Shown here: positions 1-14,000 of the stretch, piece after piece
How the letters are laid out: every line of letters begins with the position of its first letter
Numbering within the stretch: the stretch's first letter is position 1
Assembly: GCA_003344405.1 (NCBI GenBank)
Contig: NOWV01000010.1
Span: 186,001-250,000 of the forward strand
Source: Trichoplax sp. H2
Lineage: Eukaryota
Direction of reading: 5' to 3'
DNA length: 64,000 nt
Notes under the pieces: generated by a model
What the model was told of the DNA's origin: nothing
The model's input: the letters and a program-made list of their open reading frames with translations, nothing else
Database searches by the model: none
Made by a program: the position numbers and the translations under genes

Positions 1-3000
1 GCGTTGATTTGTATCGCCCGTAGCTCCAAAAGGATCAAAAATTATGCTTTCAGGACTATGAGTGCGTTGAGCTGATGGACTCGGGGCTCTTTGAGTTGCG
101 AAGTCGAAGACATCTGGAGAATCCTTTGCCCTTGGAGATATGGATATCAAATCGTCCTTGCCAGAAACACTTTTATTATTATTTTGAGAAAACGGATCAA
201 AAGCGTCTAGTTGAACAGCGCCAGCAGGGTTTGTTTCAGGTTTCTTTAAAGCATTATTACTAGCTTTAACAGTTGGTGCAAAAGGATCAAAAGAATCGGA
301 GGAAACTGCTTTCGTAGGTAATTTGTTATCGAAAAAACTTGAAAAAGGGTCAGTAGGCGAGATCGGAGATTGATTTACTAACTCAGATATCCGATCAGCG
401 CTCTTACTTCGATGCATCCCTTGAGACTTTTGACTTATCTCAAGATTGATCAAATTAACTTCAGAACTTGGAGATACGAGCTTTACTGGCGGGCTCTTCT
501 GTAAGAATTTATCGTTAGAAACACTCTGATGTGAAGGAGCTGCTGTTACATTCGAAGAGCTAAAATCTAATAATGTGTCCTCTGTCTTCGTAGTTTCCTG
601 CTCGACGTTTACGACGACTTTCGCTCGGTTTAAAAATCTCTCCTCTGCTTCATCCGCGCGATTTACAGCGTCCGATGTTAAATCAAGGATATTTCCAGGA
701 TTGGAAGACGATTTACTCAATCCGCTAGTATCTCTAGTAGCTGAAATTGAATCAGCACTTTGCTTTCGCTGTAATGCTTCTGTTCGGGCATTGTCTAATT
801 TTTCTAACTTTTCATATGAAATAGTATCCATTTGGCCTTAATAAAAATTTTAATATTAGCTGACATCAGTTAAGATCTGTTTATGCAGATATTCAATGAT
901 ATCCTTACCATACTGTAAACGAATCGTTTCTAGCTCCTTCTTGGATGAGAGACATGGAAATAATATCACACGCTCCTGAAGATGAGTAGCATCTGGAGGC
1001 AGTATCGGATCGGGCTCATCATCACTATCATCATCCATATCTGTTGGACCCTGATGAGTTTTTAATACGCTCACAGCCAACTCTACATGAAATCCAGAAG
1101 GGTACTTATCGGGGTTGTCCTCATCTATATGATCCAGCTTTGATCTAAAACGAACAAATTATTTATGACTTTGTCAATATAACTTAAAAGGAAAATTTAA
1201 TAAATAGATTAAAAACCTACATCGAAAACTTATATCCTTTTGCCTCTGTTTCAACAAAGCTCGTATGAATTTGCAGTTGAAAAATTGGAAAAGATTGAAT
1301 CTGAAAGACATAATTCTTATTTCTAAATTCTTCCTTATTATGCCAGTTGAGACTATTCTTAGATTACCTCTCTGTGTATTTTTGATGACAGCGTCGAGCG
1401 AGCGTGATAGACTGCTATCATTACGTCACCCCTAACAAGAGTTCCTAATGGGAACATAATTTTGCCATCGCTACTATTGTAAACTCTAAAAATGTTGAAA
1501 GAACGTAGTATTATGTTTCCAACTACAGTTATTAACCTTTATGAGTAATAACTACGATTGTAGCAAAATCATCGGACTATAAAGTAAAATCAATACCTCA
1601 TCTCTTCTAAGGCATCCTGAAAAGTACACACCCGCCTCGTGTTGTTCTCAAAAACCTCAATATATGGCCGACACCCGATCCTAAATTAAAACAACGATTA
1701 GTAAGGAAATGCAATCTTAATGGATAATTTTCATGGAGTACATACCGGGCTTTGTTGAACAATGGAACCGGAGTAATAGAAATGCTGTCTAATCGTACAG
1801 TATGCTCATGAAGACTGCTTTTTCCCTTGTTAACAATTGTAGAAAAATACCTAAGGAACCTATAAAATAGTATGCGAAATAGAATTATTAGAAAAAATTT
1901 TGAAGACTCATCAATATAAATTAATGTCTAAAGAACAGGTATCAACTTACCGACGTTGAGATGGAGAAATTTCAATAACATCTACATCCTGCCTACGCTT
2001 TGCAAGAACCATCCGCAAAGTTGTTTCTCCGGTTTTAAAAAGACCGCAATAAACCAAATAACATGCTGTAACTAGGACAGAAGTACTTTTTCCATCCTAT
2101 TGAGATCGTTGTCATCGTTTAGTGATATCGTAATTTCCAATATCTTAATCAAAAATTTTATTTCACCTTGCAATGAATAATAGCAACATTTTTACTGTCT
2201 TTACTCAGCCAACTATCAATAGCACGGCATACAGCAAATAGATGATTCAATGATAACAATCTTCTTGACGGTGTACAAAAATGTGTAACCTAGATTAGGT
2301 AAAATCGCGGTCAGTCCAGTACAAAAGTTAGATCATACCAGAAATGGACTTAATAAGAATTATAACTTACGGCACTATTCAAGACAGTGGTATCATACAT
2401 TTTCGGTGAAACATTGAACACGTGATAGCTTTGTGGATGTGACCTTTCAAGAAAGTTTCGAACTTCCTCGATTGGATTCTGCCTTGTTGATTCGTGACCA
2501 CGGATAGATGGAAACGGCATAACTATAGCGTGCAACATGGATGCAGTTATTTATATCAATATCAGATAAAGTTCTATGCTCTCAGTAGTAGTATTTAGAC
2601 GTTAGGAATGTATTATGATCATATAACGAAGAAAACATTTTTAAAATGCGATATCTGCTTCCATAAGGTTGTTGTATGGATATTGAATTGTGCATATCGT
2701 TTGTATGCTTTGTCTATTCTGTATTCCAATATGCAACATGCCATGTTTAAGGTAAATAAGAACTACAGTACTTATCGCACATTTACCAGCTATATCTTTC
2801 ATAAAATAAATATCAGTGCGATTAAACTACAACAACTGCTAACATCGATTTACCTAACAGTGAAATATTGACATTTTTCAAACATTTTTAATCAATATAC
2901 GAAAGCAAAACTTACCAATAAGCTTCGTAGTAATATACGTCACATCTAACTTATTCGTGTATAGGCTAAAAAACATTTTAAAACGAATTTCGTAAGAAAT

Positions 3001-6000
3001 TACTAATTGATCAGACTAAATAATGTAACAATACCTTTGCATAGTATTAGTAACAGAATTTGAAACAGATTTTAACATTCCCAAAAAAGCGGTTCCCTTC
3101 GAGGTAACATTTGTACCAACGTAGCTATCATTTGCTGCTTGACCATGTTCATTCGGCGTAACCGATGTTGCTGAAGCTAGAGATTGAATTTGGGTTATTG
3201 GATTGATTTTAAATTATAATGATAACTCATTTCCTCTATCACTGAATAATTAATATACAAAACACACCTTCGATTGGTATACTCTGTCCAAGAAAGCATA
3301 GAATTCATGGATTGCATGTAATCAATTAATAAAGAATTTTAGGGATGGAGATAACACCTTTTATTAAATGCATAAGAATATAACAGTAACGTATAAATAA
3401 ACTAGCCAATCGAGAACACTTCTCAGTAATTAAAGAAACCATATACTAACCCAGGTAGCACCAATATCTAGATTTAGTTTTAACTCGTTGCTGATCTCGT
3501 TTAAGTCATTCAGGATATCGCTCACCGAAGGGCGTTGGTTGACGTTAACGACAAGTATTTTACCTATGGTGAATTAATACACTTATAATTATTATAACCT
3601 GCGAAGATATCAATACACTATTCCCTATTTGAGCCTATCCAGTTCGATACGTAGCCAGAGTGACTTACGTATAAGGTTTTCAAAAAGCTTGTAATCAGGC
3701 TTGTTTTTTGGAATATTATATTTTGCATTTAGAATTGCTAGTTTAGTAGAACCAGTACTAGAAGTATCCTCAAAAGGATGCGATGAATAACAGAGGATAT
3801 ACAATAGACATCCAAGATCCTAAAAGGGATAGAATTATTCGTGTACCTAAACAGCGGTAACTACAATGTGAAACATTTTAGTCTTACCCAGACGTCAACT
3901 TTCTCATTGATTTCCTGATTGCTCCATAGGTCGATCATTTCCGGAGGGCGATATAAAGGCGTTGTAACTTCTTCAATCTATAGCATACGTAATTCATAAT
4001 TTTTCAATGGCATTGAATTAAACCACTTAAAAGTACCCCTTGAGGCCGAGTGTTAATGTGTTACGCTTTAACTATTAATGTTACAACACCATATCGTTAA
4101 AGCCTATTATCTGCTAACAATATAACATAATGTTTTACATATCTTACATCTTCAAGAAGTAGAGCGCGATCCTGTGAAGTCCAAGATTCCGTTGGCTGAA
4201 AAGTCGATTTAGTAGAACTGCCAAAATCACAAAGCCTCATAATGTTATTGGAATTCAATAAAAAGTTTTCGGGCTAGATAATAATATATAGTTAACAAAG
4301 TCAATAATCAAGCAAACTCATAACATTAAGAAACTCTAGTCAAGCAAATACTTTGAGATCCCTGTGGATAACTGGGGGTGCTTGGTTATGCATGTGAGCT
4401 ACTGCTTTGCAACATTGTATGAAGATTAAAAGGACAACATGGGGCTTAAGGGATTCTACATCACGATGTCCATTTATAAGGTCAATTAAATGACCTCCTA
4501 GAAAATTTCGACATGTTATACAGTATTATAATATTATCGCATTGATACGTGACAAGAGGATATTTACATATGTGCACTAACCTGAACATAACTCCATCAA
4601 TAAGAGAACTTCATCGAAAGAATTTGTAGATTTATCATCATCTTCGCTTAACTGTGAAGCCGCACAGACAAGCTTGACGATGTGAGGATGACCTTGGAGT
4701 TGTCTCTGTAGATTCACCATTGTTAAGTGAATAGCTCAAGTCTGTCCTGACTGTACTCTTGTCAATTTAAAATTACTAAAAACTACTGATATGAACAATA
4801 CTGTCTCTTGCAGCAAAATTATTGCTAACTACATCTCCATTTTTTAAACCTTATATGAGACATATTAAGAAGTACTAGGACACCATAATAACTAACTGGA
4901 CAATTTACAGGAATTATACAGAGTTTTAGCCGCTTTCGTAACCGGATAAATCGTATCTTGTGATAAAAACTAGATAAGACGTTGGTATAAAAATTTATTT
5001 TTAACCTGAGAAAAAAGTACCGAAAGATATACTAAGAACTCATTGCTGGATTCGTAGAATTATACTTGGCATATTTAATTAACTGCTTTCAATGCCATAC
5101 TTATGTGATGTACGTATCATATACCACAGTAATTTATACTATTAAATTCACAGTATACGTAGTTTAGGATACCAAAACATTAATTTCATTTGCAATTGCT
5201 TTTCTTGCTTTCTGGTCAAAGGCGAGCAATCGCTGTATAGATATTTATAAGAAGATTAAAAAGTATTTGCAAAATCATGAAATTATACTAAATATATCAT
5301 CAACGATAAGCTACTAGATCGTAAATATACAAGTAACCAATCGTTGCTTACGTACAGTGTTGTACCGTACCCTTATCATTAGCAGCAATCAAAGACCGAA
5401 ATTATATTACTGTATCACACGTATATTTATTTATCTCTGCCTTAACTACTTGGGAATACCGTAAGCGAGGATTAATAGTACGCATTATGCAAAGAAATTA
5501 ATATCCAAATAGGGAAACTTTATAATAAAGTAGCGTAGGCTTAATAATGTCTGCACTTCTGACTAACGTACGTATTACTGTACCTTTAAAGCAAATTCAC
5601 GTCCAGAGTTATTATCCTGCGCCAAATAGATATAACCGTAACCACCTTGAAATTGGATTTAATATATATATCTCGGTTAAAAGTTTTACTACTTTATGCT
5701 GTATTACCGTGTGAAAATATTCTGAAAACAAAAAATTTGAACTGCTACAAAATGTAACTGAACACAGGCATTAATTATACTGTAAGAGTATCAGTAAACT
5801 GAATACAATGCTAGCAAAATCAGGTTAGAACCAGTATACGAATTAATTAATTAAAAGTACAGCTCCGAAATGATTGCAGCTGATATATTGCAAGCATTCT
5901 TTAAAAATTAGCTCATATATTAAAATTAAACCAGAAGATGGTCACGGCATTGCGTAGTATCCATATATATATATATGTATTTTAACTAGCGAGAAGTGTT

Positions 6001-7411
6001 TAGATACATTTTATATCGATGCTGCAAAAATAAAGTACTGTAGTGAAGCATTCTATATATGCGATCTCAAAGCTAAATAGGTATATTTTTGATGGTTATA
6101 ATTTCAAAATATCCAAATAACTAAAGAGTTCTTACAAACTCTTTGTGACCTATTTATCCATAACTTCTCCAAGTGTAAATATGTACATGAACATGATGCC
6201 TTTCCCTCCGAAAACGATTTAATCTAAAAACATGCGTATACTGTGGTATATTGTTATACAAGGTAGCTCTCAATAACGGTTTATTATCCAGCAGTCTTGC
6301 AGCGGAGCTCACTACGTACATTACCGGTAAAACGTCCAGTATTGTAGTAGCAAGGTACCGTGTAATATCAATATCATGAAATTCGGAATACAGTACAGTA
6401 CAGTACAGTACATACGGTTTAAAAACGTAGTAATTTTTGCCGCAATGCAATAAAATAAGTTAAGATCTAGCCACGTTACGAGATTACATTTCAGTCTGTT
6501 CACAGGACTGCTAATTATCTAATCTGTCTACGTAATATCGGTAGTTTACTGCACCGTAGAGTATAATGCTGATACAGTATTAGGATTCGAACTACAATCC
6601 CCAAGCGTTGCGATCGACTAAACGGAAAGGACCATTTTACCACTGTACTTGCTATATAGCAATGCTAAAAATGCCACGAAGGTTCATACTACAACAATTG
6701 TATTATATCCTTATTACTAACAGTAAATGGTATACATAAATGAATCGAAATAAGCTTGAGAGGAATAAAATATTGCAATACGAGAAGGATTATACACTTT
6801 AGATGTACATATTGTGCTACGTATTAAATATTGAATACACTTTAAGAATCAATTGCAAGTTCACAGTCTTGCAGTAAGTAACGGATTCAGTTCAGTCAGT
6901 AGCATAAATAAACAAATTAATTTCATATTTTAAGACTTAAAAATGACTAGCGGAAAGTAGTATGTGCATAATAAAATATAATATATATACAGTATATAGT
7001 CTCTCCATTTACAGTATCCCGTAGGTACAGCAGATAATATAATAACGTACTGTACTGTACACTTATAGAGCACCGGACCATAGAGCTGGACTAATAACAT
7101 AGTTTGCAGTAGATAATAATAATAATAATAATAATCAGTTAATTTTTCTACCTTCAACTTTTACGCATAAGAATTCATTACTCTTTCAACTTGAAGACTA
7201 TTTCGTAGCTGATCTTATAAACTACTATTTGATAAATTCGACCATCGTGGTGCCTAGACACGAATACCAACTAACCTGTAGCAATAACTTTCTTGACACG
7301 TAAAGTCTGCTTCCCAACTTCTACATCGGTACCAACAAAATCGTCAGCAGACCCTCCGGGATTTTCGCTACGCGATATATAGCTCCAAGCCGAGCGAAAT
7401 AAATCAGACAT
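1..7411 (-). CDS. GAK: Cyclin G-associated kinase / auxilin (multi-exon; 3' end incl. J-domain lies beyond window start)
   Basis: ATG at 7411 (MSDLFRSAWSYISRSENPGGSADDFVGTDVEVGKQTLRVKKVIAT|GGYGYIYLAQD). Spliced kinase motifs HRDLK|PEN, LCDFGS, TTPLYRPPEMIDLW. Then a PTEN-like phosphatase domain (LDVTYITTKL, IIHCK|DGKSTS, SPSQR), a C2 domain and a low-complexity region with repeated FDPF motifs near 1-350. GT-AG junctions are frame-consistent where checked. Confidence 0.93.
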
Positions 7412-7599
7412 GCTGGCTAGATGACAGCAGAATAACTTAGTCTTCTGTTAATGTATATAGAATAAGTTCTGATCCAGATTTATGCAGTGCCAAAGAACTG
7501 CATAATGCCAAAGGGATAGGTCGGCCTCTCAGAGTGACATACTGGTACCTTGATCTAGGGTTAGATTAGATTTTAACTTGCTGTTACAGACCGTGACCG

Positions 7600-8870
7600 T
7601 GCAGTACAGTACAGTACAGTACTGTACGGTACTGTAACCCTTAAGTGTCAGACTGGCACACTACTGTACAACATGTACAGTGTACAGTACTGTAGAGTGT
7701 ACAGTACAGTAGATCATAGAGATTTTATAAAAATAAAAACCCGATCCAGTTGATCGGAAAAACCTTTCTTATACTGTACAGTGTACAGTACTGTATTACT
7801 TTAGTGCCATAAGTCCCTGGTAGTACTGTACAGTACATTACGTTCTAAGTACTGAACTGTGGTGTTTGACTTGCTCTGCAGAGGCGGTAAAAAAACAAAC
7901 ACGTTTTTTACCTCCCATATGAGCTACTGTACTGTAGACTCAGTCGAGGTCTTCATGGTTCACTACAGGAAGATGTCACTCTCCTCACATGGGAGGATAT
8001 AGATGAGGCCAAAAATGTCGAAGAATCGTTACTTAATAATCACTCGTGCTAATTTAATAAATGATATGATGCAGTAATAAGGCTAATTTGAACTTTTCTT
8101 CGGTAAATTCTGGTGAATTATTGTACTGTACTATTAATTGAGAAAAATTTAGTCCATTCAGAATCGATCGCCCGCATACTAAACTACTGTCATAACAGGG
8201 CGTTTGGCACAAGATAGTACTGAATGTGGATGAAATGTCTGTCCGTAGTGTCTAGATGGTCAAGTCACCTGTAAAATCCGTGTTCAAGTCAAAGTTTAAC
8301 CCTTACTTACTGTAAATAAATTAAATTAAATAAATTAAATTAAATTAAATTAAATTAAATTAAAATACAGTACCTTAAACGGTACTAGTTCCTAAATGTA
8401 AAAGTAGAGTACAGTAGTACAGTACAGTACTGTACAGTAAACTGTACTACGACTGTACAGTACTGTAGAGTACAGTACTGTACCCGGTATACTGTACAGT
8501 ACTGTATCAATCTGGCTCCAGTACAGTACTGTACTGTACTGTACTACTGTACAGTGTACAGTACTTATTAATTTTCATTCGTCTACTGTACTGTAGTCCT
8601 GACTGCAGTACTGTACTGTACTGTACTGTAGACTGCAATCTCTAGGTTGATAGGTTCTGGATTCTTCTACTGCGCGAGCGTAATTATACGCTTTTAACTT
8701 ACTGTGCTGTACTGTACTGTACTTATGTACGTAATTAATGCGTGTATAGGAAGACCTTTGGACAGTAACAGCATGTAACTTTACAATAACACTTCAGTAA
8801 TGTACAGTACACTGTACTGTACCAACACGTGTGCTTACAGTACTACTGCACACTATACTGTAGAGTAACT
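7600..8870. repeat. TACAG/CTGTA pentamer-rich island in the divergent GAK/peroxiredoxin intergenic region
   Basis: Dense degenerate (CAGTA)n and (TACTG)n runs and TACAGTACTGTA palindromes at 7600-7860 and 8400-8870. Confidence 0.85.
8313..8365. repeat. (TAAAT)n microsatellite
   Basis: About 10 near-perfect TAAAT units. Confidence 0.9.
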
Positions 8871-9036
8871 ACTGTTAAGAGTAAGTGAGGTGCCGGTGCC
8901 GGTGCCGGGTGTGCTGGTTTGCAAGCTCTCGGGAGTTATATCTGTGAGCTGAACTTACAAAGATTATCAGTCTGTGTACGCGAGTTTCCTTCAGCCACGC
9001 CGGCAGTTTTCTTTGCACGCGATTTCAGCACGAGCG

Positions 9037-9624
9037 ATGAGTAAGGCACAAGTTCAAAAAGCTGCACCAAATTTTGCGGCGAAAGCCGTAGTTGATGGAA
9101 AGTTTAAGGACATAAAACTCTCAGACTACCTTGGTAAATATCTCGTTTTATTCTTTTATCCAATGGACTTCACTTTCGTTTGTCCAACGGAAATCATCGC
9201 CTTCAGTGAGCGCGTTGAAGATTTTCGTTCTAGAAACTGCGAAGTCATAGCGTGCTCAACTGATACAGAATTTTCTCACTTGGCATGGATTAATCAACCA
9301 CGAAAGGAAGGTGGCCTTGGAAGTATGAACATCCCTATTTTAGCGGATCCCACTCATACACTGGCGAAAGATTACGGCGTCTTATTAGAAGATCAAGGGA
9401 TTGCTCTTAGAGGCTTATTCATTATAGATGGGAAAGGCATATTACGCCAAATTACCGTTAATGATCTGCCTGTTGGGCGTTCGGTTGATGAAACTATTCG
9501 ATTAGTGGAAGCATTCCAGTTTACAGATGAATATGGTGAAGTTTGTCCCGCAAATTGGAAACCTGGAAAAAGTACGATAAAGCCTAATCCTAACGACAGC
9601 AAAGCGTTCTTTGCCAGCCAATAG
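9037..9624 (+). CDS. Typical 2-Cys peroxiredoxin (Prx1/AhpC subfamily, PRDX1/2-like), single exon
   Basis: First ATG at 9037 ([13 protein letters not shown]). Peroxidatic motif [24 protein letters not shown], resolving motif EVCPANW. The frame is open upstream past a GTG at 8974 to a stop at 8950-8952. Confidence 0.95.
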   Translation: MSKAQVQKAAPNFAAKAVVDGKFKDIKLSDYLGKYLVLFFYPMDFTFVCPTEIIAFSERVEDFRSRNCEVIACSTDTEFSHLAWINQPRKEGGLGSMNIPILADPTHTLAKDYGVLLEDQGIALRGLFIIDGKGILRQITVNDLPVGRSVDETIRLVEAFQFTDEYGEVCPANWKPGKSTIKPNPNDSKAFFASQ

Positions 9625-11059
9625 CCGGTACTGTAGCAATTAGCCAACGCAACCCGGTGATATCGGTCTTCATTCACTGCGATTTTTACTGGGCGCGAGC
9701 TTCCATCTTCACTTTCAAAAGACTTAACCATTAGCGAATTAGATATTAACATTATACAGTAGTATAGTATTTTTTTTATACTAATTTAATTTTACCACAA
9801 TGCTTTAGAAAGTGCATTTATTAATATTTTTATTTATATTGATAATAATATTTATCAGCGTATTTAACATTTCTGAAACGAAGTAGCAACCTGTATCCGT
9901 GATTTACTGTGATGGTAGCGATACTGACAGTGAATTGAATATACGTACTATTATGAGCTTGTTACAAAGATATTCATACGTAGCTCTTACGGTATCAAAT
10001 ATTGATCAGGATAATCATTTTAATAAGCACTACATTTAACTTTAATTAACGTTCTACATGGTATTGTACTACGTAGTAAGGATCGTTTGTTTAGACGTCT
10101 AGACGCGTATATGCTACAGACATGGAGCCATGGAGATACTAGAAATTTTTATAGTCGAAATTTCTAGTACGTACTTATCTGCAGGTCACGACAGGGCGTT
10201 AATGAATTACTTATTAATTATATAAGCATTTAAATGTAGTTTTCTCAAATATTCTACTGAGAATTTCCTACGGATCAAATATTACCACTTCAATGAACAT
10301 CGTCTTGAGATGATCATTATCGTTACAGGATATGAGCTTAAACACTCACTAAATATACGGATGCAGTTGATCCTTCATACGTATACCGCCTGTCAATGTG
10401 GAATAATTTTTGTACTATTAACACTTAATAAAGATTTTATTTCTCGACATGTAAAGTATGTATGGACAATATATTATATTTACAGTTAGTTAATTATGTA
10501 AGGGGTAAATTACCGAGGCCCACCAGTTTTTACTATACAGTATACACTAGTAATGATGACAACTTCAAAATCGGTCAGAAAACTATCGTAGTCAGTTTCT
10601 TGCGTCTAATTCAATATTTCTGTTAATGTGCAAAACGTAACAGTGCAATATTCAGACCCGACACTGGTTTAAACGTGCACTAAACCGTAAATAGGTATAG
10701 ATTTAGACCACGGCTCATAAAATGCAAGAAGCCACGCAGTAACGGCAACACTGTTTTGCGTCGGAGTGACCGAAGTACTCTACTGTACAGTGTGCAGTAG
10801 CAAGCAACAAATGTCGAGAGCCAATTTTATACAGCGGAATGCCAGTTTCAAATTTGTCAAGATTTTCTTTCCGTACGGTAATATAGTAGAATACTGTATT
10901 CCGAAACTGCTACCTGTTGTTTGTGAGAAGTTTACTGTAACATCACAATTGCAAATACGTTGTACAGTACTAAGCTTTCTATTGTAGATACTCTATATCT
11001 TTTATATGATTAAGCAATATCGATGCTTTAATTAATTAAAATTATTATTGCACCGTTAT

Positions 11060-14000
11060 AACCAATTCAAAGGAAATCTAATTTTTATGATAAGCCCATC
11101 CACTCGAGCTCGTCGGCCAATAATCATTCTTGGAATCAAGGTTGCTTGCTGATTCTATAATAAAAATGATAGGGAAATAGTATTTCTCAAAAAACAAAAA
11201 TCTACTAATATGCAGTACGTACAGTATTACATTATCTGTTTTATCCGATACAATCAATATCCTCTGTACATGTACAATGTTTACATACGAACGAGCGTAT
11301 GCTTATATTTGAAGATACTCAGTTAATCCCAGACTGCAAATAAGATATCCATAATTTACTGTACAGTACAGTATACTACAATTCATAACTACATAGATTT
11401 CATTCAATGAAAACCGTATGTTTAGGCAAATTACATAACAGACTACTACGTAGTACATCAACTCTACTAGATGACTACCATAAAATAATGTATTCTGAAA
11501 TATGCGAATCATCAATTATTTATAGTCGGTACGAAAGTCACAAATGTTAGTGAAAACAGTTACATCTATCACATTTACAACTTTCTATCACTGTAATCCC
11601 TCTATCGGTTATTATAGTAAAATCTACCGATTGCACGACAGGCTTAATCTCGCTCTCAACTTTTCTCTTGTGAGTATAATCAATTCGTATATACCCTTGT
11701 GTTTACAGATTTGTAGGTAATTCCAGTCTACACATAGAATTACTAACCAAATTATTCTTAGTTTACTTGCATTTACGAAATCAACTGACATGACAGATAA
11801 ACAGCCTTCCAGGCAACTGAAAGAATCTTCGAATGCAAGTAAACCGCAAATCTATGTATTGTGTAGCGATAAATAATTCTAATTAAAGTTTGACGAATTA
11901 TTTTACTAAAGATGTCCTGGCCATACGCGAATTTCCAATTCGTAAAGTAAAAGAAAGATCTTCTAATCTATAACTTAACTGTAGCTTATACTATAGTTTT
12001 ACAGTAATATACGGAGCTATTGTAACGCTAATTGGTAAATTAATATCATCTCATAGTACAAATTACGAAGCGAGTGTAAGCGTAGATTTTTATTAGTCGC
12101 ATGGAAAATTGTGAGGATAAAAATTTGACTGTATCCTTCACTGTGAGCCTTACAGTACATGGGTGATTAAAGGAACCATTACACCTATAAATCATTATTA
12201 TTTAGATCGCAATCTGAACAACATACATAGATTTTTACAGGGATTCAGTGATAATCGCACTTCTGAAATCACATTATACTATGTTTTACTTATTTTACAT
12301 CACGATAGAAATCTGCATAATTAATAATGGTATCACTGAATAGATCACTTCTGTTGGCTATATAATTATCTCTACGAGCTCACAAAGAATAACCAACAAG
12401 GCAGTAACTATCAGATTCATGGACTTGTTATTCTATTGAGGCTTTAATTCGGCTAGTTTAAATCTGTAATTAAGCGTATCGCCAAAGAGTATATCATTAC
12501 AGTAATAATATCTTCGATTTAATTCTTTCAAATTCCTGAAACGCAAAAAAGATTACCTTCAATGATAACAATATGCGTATACAGAATGAAAATTGAGCAT
12601 ATTCATTCTTGTGAGTATTGTCAGTCATTTCTGCACGAAAGCTTATAAAATTATATCTAGATGACATGGACATCGTACAATCCCTAGATAGTATAATAAA
12701 AGTGAAACTCCAAACGAATATACTTTATACCTCATTTTTATTATTAACAAAATTTCATTATCTCAACATGCACCTTCTCGTATATACTAACAAATTGGCG
12801 TAATCCCATGCATAGAATAAAAGCTGTTATTGGATATGTACGCGTATATATAAAATGTCATCCAAAAGCAATTCATAAATAATTTTTTTGAAAATTATAG
12901 AGATATTACTTCAATAGTATTATACCTGGGGATTCGTAAATAGAAGTGATCTTGAAACGTAAAGACTTTCTTTAATTGGGCTATACCGCCATAAATTAAT
13001 TATATCTCCTAACATGAAGAAACAAAAATTAAGCATATACCTACAAGTATAATAAGTTGCAATCCTGAGGCACTGACAGATTAAGGAGGTGATTAATATT
13101 CGGTTAAGTACTGTATAAGTTATACTGTACAGTACTAATATTTGATAAATAATTTAATGATCTGTAATTGACTGACAATGCTAGCAATACAATCTAAAAG
13201 TATATCATCCTACTATCTTACGATTAAAGCCTGATAATAAAGTTTGCTAAAAAAGCGTATTTAGTGTATGATACAAAGCATCATAGGATGTCTCCATCGA
13301 TTAGTTATGCAAGTATGAATGGTATCTAGTAGTACCTTCTAAAATAGTTTGATAATGGCGTTAGCCTCTACAGTGGTATGACCCACTGAAGCTATAGTAA
13401 TAGATGCTACTATGCCAATGCTCCTTGAAAATGTGTAGAACTTGGGTCTTGCATAAACGTGCCCCTTGAAACGACAGTAGCTGTTAGGGTAATTGTATAA
13501 TTCGATTTAATAGTGTAAAGTTGAATAAATTGTACTGTATTGTACCTTCAAGAGACATTCATGGCTTGCTTTGAAAATAGATGCTCATTATAAAGTACAG
13601 TATTGGTACAGCCATCGAAATACAATGATAGAAATGCTAAGATGACGAGTATCGAATACGAATACAGTACAGTATATTGTTCATACAAGACAATAATTCA
13701 AATTAAACTATTTCGGAATTAGCCTTAAACCAACTTTACTATAGCAACTGTATGTAATCTTTTATTTAAAGTACAGTACGATCATTCGAACACAAAATTG
13801 TATAGCGAATGCTATCATGATCATTGATTGATTTCAATGACCTTCCATCTAGCCAAGCAGTTACACTATGACATCACACGCTGACATGCATTCTTCATTA
13901 GAATAGTGCTAATGCTGTACTGTATGTGGTTCAAAGGAAATAATAAGATACAGTACTACATTGAATTCAGATAAATTTCTTATGTTCAGTGGTTAGTGTT

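Noticed and set aside
2075-2190. GAK phosphatase motif HCKDGKSTS lacking the catalytic Arg
   Set aside because: Expected: the GAK/auxilin PTEN-like domain is a known pseudophosphatase.
8400-8870. Repeat-spacer appearance suggesting a CRISPR-like array
   Set aside because: No constant-length repeat or spacer and no cas genes; eukaryotic low-complexity DNA.
9622-9636. Stop-codon readthrough of the peroxiredoxin (TAG-C context)
   Set aside because: The extension would be only xPVL, with no PTS1 or other signal.
9393-9752. 119-aa antisense ORF over the peroxiredoxin
   Set aside because: Shadow frame of a real CDS with no recognisable motif; the same applies to 575-841, 31435-31743 and 32801-33043.
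12131-12140. Perfect U12 donor GTATCCTTCA on the + strand
   Set aside because: No supporting + strand exon or paired branch site; the local exon-like signals are on the minus strand.
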